Assembly: GCA_040954595.2 (NCBI GenBank) | Contig: CM082595.2 | Span: 10,343,918 to 10,407,917, forward strand | Direction of reading: 5' to 3' | Length of the DNA: 64,000 nucleotides | Origin: Balanoglossus misakiensis | Lineage: Eukaryota > Animalia > Hemichordata | Part shown: positions 10,245-20,308 of the stretch, piece by piece | How the letters are laid out: every line of letters begins with the position of its first letter | How positions within the stretch are numbered: the first letter of the stretch is position 1 | Translations under genes and position numbers: made by a program | The notes under the pieces: model-generated | Databases searched by the model: none | Seen by the model: the letters and a program-made list of their open reading frames with translations, nothing else | What the model was told of the DNA's origin: nothing

Positions 10245-11450
10245 TAAAACGGGCTTTCTGTTTGCCACATGGGTTTGTTCTTTAGGTTGTTGTATGTGTT
10301 TACACTCATCATGTTTATTGTAGAACCAGGGTCGATCAGTGAGGCAACTGCTGTTTGTTCTGTCTGCACTGTTACTTGAGGCCTCCTGCCATTTGATTGT
10401 TGTACAGTGAAGCAGTATTCATCTCCCGAGCTGTCTTCCACTTTATGCACAGCTTTGACAGTTTCATCCTTGTCTACCCTATTTGCCTTGCCTTTTGATC
10501 GGTAGCATTTGGCAAAATAGTTAGGTTTGCCACACTTCCTGCATGACTTGCCTTTAGCTGGACATACTGAGTCATGTGGATAGGTGCCACCACAATAATA
10601 ACAAGTGGACGGTCCTTTCGCTGGCTGCTGATGAGCTCTCATTTGTTTATTTGGTTTCGGGCGTTGGTGGCGCTGTTTTCTGACCGCATTCACAGATGCC
10701 GTATCTGCACCATAATTTTGGGTTTTCTCCTCAATCCCACTAGCCTGAACCTCTGATACCTCAAATGAACAGCCTGTACTCAGTAGATTCTCTAGTGTCG
10801 TCTCCTCCCGAAGAGCACGACGTCTGAGACGGGCTGATGTGAATCCTCGTATGATTTGTGATTTGACCTCTTGATCCTTATTGGTGAAGTCACATATGTT
10901 TCTGCTAGGCGTTGCAAACAAGTGTGATAGGCATCAATCGATTCGCCGTTGTTTTGTATGGTGTCTCTGAAGATAAATCGTTCGTATTCAATGTTCCGTT
11001 TGGGTGAGAAGTATGACGAAAGCTTTAATTTGGCTGTTTCACAGCTAGTTCCTGTATCTGGTAGAGTATCAAAGAAGTCGGAAACTTCCTCACCTGCCCA
11101 GTGCAATAGCAGTGCACGTTGTCGCTTGTCATCTGTAATGTTGAATGCGACAAATGCGTTTTCTACTCTAGCCATGTACTTTTTCCATCTCGTACTGGTG
11201 GTTGTCGGGTCTGAATGAACAGGAAAACTCGGCATTGACGGCTAGCTGATTCTCCATGTTCTCCGTCCTCGTCGCCAAATATAGAATCGTTGGTGGGCAA
11301 TAATGACAACACGAGACACCAAGTCCGGCATGTAAGAGTGAGAGTGCCTAGCCTCGTTCACGCACTTTATTCATAATGACCCGAATGTTGCATTACGTCA
11401 TTTTACAGAATGTATAAAGTATAGATGCTCACTAGTGTTTGGACACTACA
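10245..11450 (-). mobile_element. Ty3/Gypsy LTR retrotransposon 5' fragment (5' LTR, PBS, gag, partial protease), Mag-lineage-like, frameshifted
   Basis: LTR 11450-11280 (TGTAG...CTATA, contains AATAAA). PBS TGGCGACGAGGA at 11277-11266. gag motifs RWKKY..QRALLLHWAGEE..YFSPKRNIEYERFIFR. Double Zn knuckle CYYCGGTYPHDSVCPAKGKSCRKCGKPN(H/Y)FAKC. Protease-like LIDPGS. Truncated before RT. Confidence 0.88.
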
Positions 11451-11968
11451 ATATACATGTGACTGCAGTGTCTTTCCAATCATGAATTTGCAAGGTGTCC
11501 TTCGGAGAAAATCTTCTGATTCTCTTTTCTGATTTGCTTTGCATATTTAACTTAATGATCTCATTTGTTGGAATTCCCTGTCTCAAATTTTTGATGATCA
11601 GTCTCTGCCCCATTGCTCATCGTCCCAACTTTCTGATGATATATGGATGATAGATGGGATCAAATCTTTGGTCGTGTATTTGCTACAAATGGTAGGTATT
11701 GGTTCGTGATTGAGTCTTTGTGTTGTATATTTGGGGTGGCAGTGGTATGAGTTTGGATTTATGCCAATCTTTAAGTTAAGTGTTATTTGGGTTGCCGTTG
11801 AGCATTGATGGCTTGATAAGTGGGGCTAGGGTCAATTTTGATTGGGTTTGGATTGTTTGGGCTATGATAGGTTGGGTGATGGCTAGGATTTGTGGTGGGT
11901 ATAAGGTGTGGTGTAAGAGATGGAGGCATTATGGGGTCTGGTGAGGTTTTTGTGAAGGAGGCCATGGT

Positions 11969-12829
11969 GGCTGCAGAATTCAGGGCATGCTGTAGCGGTT
12001 GAATGCATGATGATGGTAAACCACAGAGTATTGCATTGCAGTAGTCCAGTTTTGATGTGATTAGAGCATGAACCAGCATCTGGCAAACTTCCTTAGTGAG
12101 GTAACGGCGAATGTGGCTGATTTGACGCAGATGGAAGAAAATTGACTTGCAAATTGCATTAATGTGCTTATTGAAAGTGTAATTGTCGTCGAATGTCACA
12201 CCTATATTCCGTGCAGAATTCACAATTTGAACACAACATGATCCAATGCTCATGTGGTTTATGGGACAAGCGAGCGGTTGAACTGAGACCTTATCAGGAG
12301 TACCTCGGGTTTGCCACCATTTAGTTGAAGTTTATTATGTGTCATCCAGGTTTTTATTTCGTGAACTGCCCTTTCCATCTTGTCTAATGTACTTATGGTG
12401 TCTAACTGGAAGAAATATTGGTATAGTTGGTTGTCATCGGCATATTGGTGAAAATTGATGTTGTGGTGACAAATAAGTTGAGCAAGTGGTTGGATGTAGC
12501 TGCAGAACAAAAGTGGGCCAAGCACTGAACCGTGTGGTACTCCATATTGTAGATATTGAGGTTCTGACATTGTGCCATACAAACTGCTGTCTGTTCTTAA
12601 GATATGATGAGAACCATTGTAGTGCGATGTTGGTGATGCCCAGTTTTGATAACCTTGAGATGATTGTGTCGTGATCTATGGTATCAAACACAGAGGAGAG
12701 ATCGAGGAGAACCATGAGTACACATTTACCGGCATCCAGTGCCATACAAATATCGTTGTTGACTTTAGTAAGTGCTGTTTCGGTACTGTGATCCTTTCGG
12801 TACGCTGACTGCAGTGGTTCTTGTAGTGA
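11969..12829 (-). mobile_element. L2/CR1-group LINE reverse transcriptase fragment (copy 1, 5' part deleted)
   Basis: [71 protein letters not shown]; frameshifted. Confidence 0.92.
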
Positions 12830-13037
12830 ATTTATTTTGATGTTTAACAGGTGTGATTATCTGTATTTGCGGCCATTTTGAAAAAAAATTGGTTGCCATG
12901 GAAACTCTTCAACAGATATTTAGTGACTCGCTATCTGAATTTGTTCAGTACACATTAACACACATCTGAGCCAAGTTTGGTGCTTTTATCACAAAATACA
13001 CAATCGATATGAAAATTTGGGTTTTGGTGCTCCACTA
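12830..13037. mobile_element. DNA transposon end remnant, possibly Academ-like (terminus ...CCACTA = TAGTGG on the minus strand)
   Basis: gcggccattttg, ggttgccatggaaac and gtttggtgcttttatcacaaaatacacaatc motifs ending in ctccacta. No partner end or TSD found; family call is from recollection only. Confidence 0.4.
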
Positions 13038-13052
13038 CCTAAGTAACATTAA

Positions 13053-13469
13053 GGATGTACGTTCAATAAAATGGAAAGTATTGTCATTTTTTTTAATTGT
13101 GGATTTTTTTATTCTCTTTTGTATGTATAATGAAAATCCGTAATAAAATATAGGGGTCACCGCGCTTGTTTTTGAAATACAGAGCCATGAAATTGGTCGA
13201 TAATAGAAGAAATCTGCTGACTCAGCATTTTTCACCAATGGTTTGTTTGTCTATGGCCAAAATTCTTAATGCAATTTATCTCAAAAAAGAGCGCGGTGAC
13301 CCCTATATTTTATTTGACCAATGAATTTATATTTGCTGGACTGAGCTATGTGTAAAATTTCGAGAAAATGACAATAGTAGAAGTTTGTTTTCTGGCGATT
13401 ATCAATGTAATCCTATGGGAAAAAGACCGGACACGCAGTGTTTCCGGTTTATGTTCTGCACGTACATCC
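13053..13469. mobile_element. Kolobok-like MITE (TTAA target)
   Basis: ttaa-GGATGTACGT ... ACGTACATCC-ttga; internal inverted repeat aataaaatataggggtcaccgcgct / agcgcggtgacccctatattttatt. Confidence 0.78.
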
Positions 13470-13816
13470 TTGATGAAGTTTGCTGGCTAGAGGGCTCCTA
13501 AACCTCCTTAATATTTGACGTCTTCACTCCTACAGGACTGCGCAGCTGGAAGTTAAAGTTCAGCATGTTCTGAAGCATGCACGCTGTGTCCAGGGGTTTC
13601 ATGTGTGGAACAGCCAGCCTCTCATCACCAACACAATGCGGACTGGGATATTTTGACAACAATGGAAGTATAGACTGTACGCCTTGTCCTGCCCCGGGTA
13701 TAAGTGCCAATATGATGGTATGTCGGAGCCAGAGGTGTGTGAAGATGGATACTACACTAATATAGATGGTGAGTCAGCATTAAAGTTTGGGCATTACTGT
13801 GTAATCTTTCACTTAA

Positions 13817-14322
13817 AGGCACGTAAGCTGTAACTTTTGGGATAATTTTCATAATATTTGTTTAAAACTGCACTACCATTAGTCCATGCAGATGAAGGCA
13901 GTGAACTATACACAAGCATTATAAACCCTAAATATGAGTGCATATGCAAGTTTTAACCAGATAAATAATAAAGCTTTGCCGCAAGCGATTATGGCCGCCA
14001 CCCTGGGAAAATGCAAGAAACAATGAAAATGTTGCATTTCCGGTTGTGAAACTTCATAAACAAAACATGATCTCATCCACTTGAGCTCATGGAAGTAAAT
14101 GTACACCACTGAGACATCAGATTTCCATTTTTCATTGCAATATTGCACTTTTTTTTAAATTGCAGGAATTTTCGTTTTTTCTTTAATTTTTGGCCATTGT
14201 GTCATAAATAAGTGTTGAGCTTGATATATTATCATGAAATATCATTTAATAGACATAATTAAAAGCATATATGAGATTATTTAAAACTTTAATTTTTTTA
14301 TCCAGTTGCAGCTTACGTGCCT
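13817..14322. mobile_element. Kolobok-like MITE (TTAA TSD, 19-bp TIR)
   Basis: ttaa-AGGCACGTAAGCTGTAACT ... AGTTGCAGCTTACGTGCCT-ttaa. Confidence 0.87.
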
Positions 14323-15310
14323 TTAAGGCGGACGATCATCTTATGTGCATGTACGTAATTCTGTGCGTACAAACATTACGTCCAGTCCAAATATTCTGCC
14401 AATTTTACATCCAATGCATTCAAATAGTGGACTGCTTCGCTTTCATCCAGTTTTCATGTGCATCGTATAAGTAGACTTTTGTTTTGTCCCGTCTTTTCAC
14501 CAAATTTGCTCTTTTCCAAATCTCCGACACAGACTATGATCGTCACGATCTTGTCTGTTGTTAGAACAGCACACTGCCGTATGGCATTGACTGTACACAG
14601 TTTCTGTTACCAATATCTCTGGATTGGCATTTTCCTGTCCTCAATCTTTTGCCAGGGATTTTTGTCTCCCCAACCCGCGTGAGAATCCCACGTCTTTGAA
14701 GGTATGACTGTGACTATCAGATTCTATAAATCTCTGTTTATTTTCAGCACAAACATCATGTGCTGATTGCCCAGCTGGTAACCAATGTCCAAATGGTAAC
14801 ACTGTGATTTTATGCTCGGCTGGTTATTACAGTTCGGCCTTGGACAAAGGATGTCTCGCTGTACCTCTTGCATAACAGGTAAACTTCTACCCACCCACCT
14901 TTATTTCCAACATCAAACATTAGGTCAGGTAATTTACTAACTGAAAAATAGGATGGGATCATTTTCTATTTCTGTATTTAAAATTTACTGATATAATATA
15001 TGAATGAAAAAATGACAATTTTTCCAAATTTGAATAGACCTCTATTTATGAAAATAATTAAAATTTGCACCAAATTTTTACAGTGGTATTCAAAGGTTAA
15101 CTTGGTGTGTAAATTCTCTGTTTGATTTACAGATCAGCTGGTGCTGAACATTGTACTATTTGTGAGCAAGGGTACGCCTGCATAGATCCCAGTGCATCGC
15201 AATTCAAGTGTACCAAGGGTTACGTGTCATTGGCTGGTGCAACAAACTGTACCAGATGTACAAATGGTAAGATTGTGGTACTTGTTCAGTTTGCTGTGTG
15301 ATGAAACTGA

Positions 15311-15428
15311 GGGGTATGTGTGTATGCATGTATGTGTTTACAACAGATTTTCAAGTCAGTGCGACTGGGGGTATGTGTGTGTGTGTATGTATGTATGTGT
15401 TTACAACAGATTATCAACTCAGTGCGAG
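15311..15428 (+). repeat. Two-copy ~57-60 bp tandem repeat containing (TG)/(TATG) microsatellite
   Basis: ggggtatgtgtg..gtatgtgtttacaacagatt(t/a)tcaa(g/c)tcagtgcga occurs twice. Confidence 0.75.
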
Positions 15429-16287
15429 ATCTTGCGAGACCCGGTTAGCCATGTGAGATCTCGCAGAGTCTTATGATATTCAGAACATGGTTGATTAGAA
15501 ATGACGTTTAATGTCCTCCAAAGAATTTTCTACATGCCTGTATACTTGTCTCAGAATTATGAAGTGAATCATCTCAAGTAATTTGTTATTTTAAATGACA
15601 CTGTATCACAAATACATCACTAAAAACCTCATTTTCTTTAATCAGATGAAATAAGTGAGGAGCCTGCACGCACATCCTGTCTTCTGTGCCCTGCTGGACA
15701 ATCGTGTTCAGATCCAATGTAAGATCCGCTCGACTGTGGCAATGGTGAATATGCTATGGAAGGCGACGGCACATGCACGCCTTGTCCAGCGGGATCCAAG
15801 TGTCCAACCATGTCACCCGTAGTGGATTGTTCAACAGTTACTGGTAAGTTGGGCTGCAAATCACTCTTGTGACTTCCCTGTGTTATAGCATGGCATACAC
15901 AGAAAATTAAACTGTTATGCTTATTGGAGTTGATATTGTGATGCACTTTGAAAAACACAATGATTCCACTGAAGAGGTATTGTACAGTAAAACCTGTGAT
16001 TACGGACATCTCTCTAATAAGGGATCGTTGGACCAAACCATGGTGGTAAAAATCGTTCTTTGAATTTTTTCTGTGATAGGTTCATACTCGCTAGGTTCGG
16101 CCACGTCCTTCTGGTTATGAATGCACAACTACAAGTGTCACACAGTGCGCTACAGGGCAGTAAAGTGCTGAAGGAGGTAAGTCTTGAAACCCCTTTTCTT
16201 CTTGTCTCGATTTGAACATGGTTCCACAAGTTGTTTACATCACTTGTAGTTTTACATATTTTTTGAGTTCAACAGCTAGCTATACAT

Positions 16288-16953
16288 GGTGTCCTGAGAA
16301 GTCAACCAGTATGAGAAGTCGGTCTCGGCCAGTACGAGAAGTCGGCCTGTGGGAGAGAACCCTGGTACTTTGTGTTATATATAACTGTTTCACTACGAAA
16401 TGTTTCCTTGATGTACAGGAGCTGAGATATTTGTACAAATAGCCGATGAATTTTAAAACTGTCTGTTCACTTTTCATGTACGTCACCGGGGTACGTCAAC
16501 ATCAGTCACCTGCACTTCTTGAGCTGCGCCAGTAGTCTGTTCCTTGTCACGTTTGTTTGTTTGTTTGTTTGGTGTTGTCTCAGAAAGTATGAATATACAC
16601 ATACATCTTCTATGTATTTTAGTAGGCTTTGAAACAACTCCCTTTAATCAGAAATGTCACAGGAATTTGGCGAACAACCTAAGCTCCTTACGCGGATACG
16701 GGGCTGGGGAACTGGTACGGATGCCAGACGCCATTATTTGAAATGACGCCATTGTGTTGTCAAGAATTTGGGAAATCCGTCCAAATGAAAATATTTAGTG
16801 CAATTATATTTTATTAAGTGTTGTTATAAGTAATCTAGGTCATTACTGCACTATTCGGGTACAAGTTCAACAACTGGCCGACTTCTCATACTGGCCGACT
16901 TCTCATGCGCGCGAACTGGCCGACTTCTAATCTGGCCGACTTCTCATGTATTC
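16288..16953. mobile_element. MITE with 8-bp TSD, copy 2
   Basis: Same as 716-1381. Confidence 0.8.
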
Positions 16954-17264
16954 CTATACATTATTGAAAATTGGGCAAACTGGTGTTTTCAGACAACTTA
17001 TGAAGTCCTTGTCTCAATGGAGGTACCTGCCAACAACAGGTAAATTCTTGTACTGCCACAATTTGCATGTGCACAGAGTGTTACTAGGGAACCAGTTGTG
17101 AGACAAGTAAGTTTGAATCTGTAGCAGTTAATAATGATAATTATCATTTTTTTATTATGATTTAAACTTCACTGATGTTGTACAAACACAAAAATAGAAA
17201 GGGATAGCAGCTTAGCTCTATTCCGTTTCGAAAGTTTTTGTTCTTTTAAACTACCTGTGCATTT

Positions 17265-18539
17265 TTAGGGGCACAAGCCTATCGGGCTTGTGCCCCTATT
17301 GGTATTGTTGGAATTTTTCTTTATTATTATTCTTCTTCTTCTTCTTCTTCCGAGAAATTCGGCCAGGTAGATCTGGAAAACCGCTGCACCTAGGGGGCGG
17401 AAACTTGGTAGGGTGATAGGGGCCAATGAGTAGACGTGCAGTGGACCGTGAATATTTAATTAGTCACGTGACCTGGCGGCCATATTGGATTTCCTGAAAA
17501 TCGTTAAACGAGTCCTTCTCAAAAACTACTGGGCCGATCGAGTTCAAATTTGGTGTGCAGGTAGCCTACCTTCTGTCCATCATTTTACCCCATTAAAATC
17601 ATGACGTCATAGATACAGTTTTTTTGCTACAATTTTTTTTCTGAAAAACTACTTAAAACTTTAAAAATCTTCTTCTCCAGAACCAGCGATTGCCGAGTCA
17701 CGGGATTCGGGGTATGTGGTCAACTAACCTATGTCTATCAAGTTTGCGAAGCGCACTGTGATTGGTCGATCATTATGGCGGCCATGTTGGATTTTCGGGA
17801 AACCATTGAAAACTGAAAATTCTGTTTTGTAGCCAAAATGTTGACAGCACGTAAATTCTTTTTTTGGATATGAGTCATCATATGACCGGAAGTTGTCACA
17901 ATTTTTCGGGGCAATTTTTACATGACCTTTGACCCAGTTTTAAAACAACTAATTATATATGCATATTCCCCATACCTCCTCTTGTCAAAGCACCACAGTC
18001 ATGAATTTTGTGGACATGGGTACCAATGCTGCCAGGACATGACACAAATATTTCGGTAATTTTGGCAATGACCCTTGACCTATTTCTGAAACATCATTTT
18101 TCTGCATATCTAATTCCAGGCTAACCAATAGGGCTAGAGGTCTGGTTTTAGTTGGACATGGGCCACTCTGGGGTCAAAATTTTATGCCCAAATTTTGGGT
18201 GACCTTGGATGACCTTTGATCTACTTTCCCATATCTCAGCATCCACAGCAGTTAGAGTCCTGGCTTTTGGGAGGCCGATGGAGCACATATGGAGTCTTAC
18301 ACAAGACCTCATTAATTATGCGCATACCTAATTCTAGGCGAACCAATAGAGCTAGGGGTCTGGTTTTTGTTGGACCTAGACTAGTATGGGGTCCGATTTT
18401 CCCCCCAAAATTTGGGGTGACCTCATGTGACCTTTGACCTACTTTCCAATATCTTGGTATCCACAGCAGATACAGCCTTGGCATTTGCTGGTTACCATGG
18501 GAACCGCTTGTGCCCCGCCAACGCTGCTTGCAGCTTTAA
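17265..18539 (+). mobile_element. Complete Helentron-associated interspersed element (HINE/DINE-1-like), private to copy 2
   Basis: 1275 bp absent from copies 1 and 3, inserted in a T8 run. 5' hairpin aggggcacaagcc-tatcg-ggcttgtgcccct; (ATT)/(CTT)n microsatellite; 3' subterminal gcttgtgcccc and hairpin gctgc-tt-gcagc before tttaattttt. Confidence 0.88.
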
Positions 18540-19422
18540 TTTTTATTTATTCTGATTATGCTAATATGCTAATTTGTCGGTTTGTCACATCACAATTTTT
18601 GTAGGAAACTCACCCCTGATGATCATGGAAAATTTGACCCTTTTCCTTGCAGGACTCAACCAGTGTCAACCAAATCCGTGCCAGAATGGTGGCTTCTGTC
18701 AACCGGCTCGAAATTCCTGCTTTGATCTCACCTGCATATGTACTGGTTGCTACAAAGGTGATAGGTGTGAGATATGTAAGTATACAGCGCAGTCTCATTC
18801 AAATACTGCATGTTTCCTGAGCATAGGTGTAGCCATCACCACAGCAGAGCTTGGAGAGTTCTTGACATCGAATGTAAGATTACACTCTTTCCAATCAAAA
18901 TCACTTTCGTGGCGCATAATGTCTTGATTGTCTTGGTTCAAGAAACATTATGCGCGACTGGCCAATTTTACTGCCTTTTGTCAACACACATCCACTATGG
19001 AAATTCTCACTCCAGGCCAGATAGTGTAAATTTACATATGAGTCTACAGGTGTGCTTGAAGTCAAGTCAAGCATTTGCAAGGAACCCTCCTCCAGTACAC
19101 AGGTCTTTGATTTCATGAAGGGAAGCCCTTGCCTCACAGTCACTGCCACGTGATCTATGGAGGTGTGAACAACTTGATACCAGCCTAATATAAGTTGTAG
19201 GCACAATCACTCCACACACCCTTGCCATAATTCTGCAAGGTTTTTGCCATATCTGTACTGTAGAATGAGTAGCAAGGAATAAAATGGCGTCCTTTCTTAA
19301 TTTCCAGTGCAAAACCCCTGTGATCCCAACCCATGTATGAATGGTGGATTTTGCCAGCAAACATCGTGCAATTTCTATTCATGCCAGTGTGTGAACTCTT
19401 ACACAGGTGACATCTGTCAAAC

Positions 19423-20308
19423 CATAGACCCTAGAGAAAGAAGGGCGAGCAACTGCGGCAAAGATCAAAGGGTTTGGGGATTATCTGTATGATGATGTTT
19501 TTTTTGTATATAATTAACACCCAGGACAGTCGGACAATGACTTCCTTACTTCGGCACGTGTCGTCCCCACCAGTGATGCGAAAACTTGCCACCAAACTGG
19601 CACTACTGCATTTCAGCAGCCACTGCGTTTTTTTCTAAAATTCTAAAAGTATTACGATGTCTGTGCTAATTATTATGGTTTGGTGTTCGTCTGTCGGTTG
19701 AACGGTCATTTCTAGTGCCACAAGCTTCATTTAAAAATTGTAAACAAATCATCCATGTTTTTTGCATGTCCGACTGGGCACTCATATTTCTTAGTAACGC
19801 TGACACTTTTCGTAATAATTTTATGTTTGCGTGAAGCATTGAAATAAAAATTGTGGTTTAGGGGCATTTTATTTCGCAGTGCGTGAACAATAAAACAGAT
19901 TTCACGAAAACAATTGGTAAACAAACTGGGTGGATTATCATGTGTGCGCTATGGCCGCCAGGCAACCCTCGGTACGGTTAGCTCACAGCCTTGTGAAATA
20001 CCCGGACTGTTAGACAAAAGATGCTTGTTTTGGACGCTGTCAGACTCAGATTCAAATTCCTGTTTAACTTGTCCAGATGTGTTCCATAAATAATCGCTGC
20101 GTTCAACCACGTTGCAGTTTTCTCGTCTTCTGCGAGATGTTCTGAGGTGTTGTGATAACTTCACACAAAACACGAGACTTTGCGTTAGTTTATACACAGT
20201 TTATTTGCAAATTGGATTATTGGGATTTATCTGGAAATAATGTATGCAAAAGAACATCATTTCAAGAAAAAACTGGAGTTGCGCGTCCTTCTTTCTCTAG
20301 GGTCCATG
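19423..20308. mobile_element. P-like MITE, copy 2
   Basis: Same TIRs as 2576-3460; right TSD mutated to atcaaac. Confidence 0.85.

Larger units (their letters stand above)
1..15572 (+). repeat. Macrosatellite / tandem segmental duplication, unit copy 1 (phase set by window start; 15,572 bp)
   Basis: The sequence at 1 (ctcaagtaatttgttattttaaatgacac) recurs at 15573, 33769 and 50574, and the ORF track repeats at matching offsets. This copy lacks 1409 bp of LINE. Confidence 0.97.
13536..16176 (+). pseudogene. Cys-rich CxxCPAG repeat (ephrin-receptor-like/GCC2-GCC3-type) gene fragment, 5 exons
   Basis: Exons 13536-13768 (DCAAGS*SSACSEACTLCP(fs)GFMCG..QCGLGYF..CTPCPA(fs)GYKC..CEDGYY), 14748-14878 (QTSCADCPAGNQCPNGNTVILCSAGYYS), 15133-15266 (SAGAEHCTICEQGYACIDP..CTKGYVSLAGATNCTRCTN), 15646-15843 and 16080-16176. 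Canonical splice sites; stops and frameshifts present. Confidence 0.85.

Noticed and set aside
10157-10921. 254-aa ORF as a domesticated gag/zinc-knuckle host gene
   Set aside because: It is one frameshifted piece of the Gypsy gag-protease, still attached to LTR and PBS, and the frame is broken differently in copy 2.
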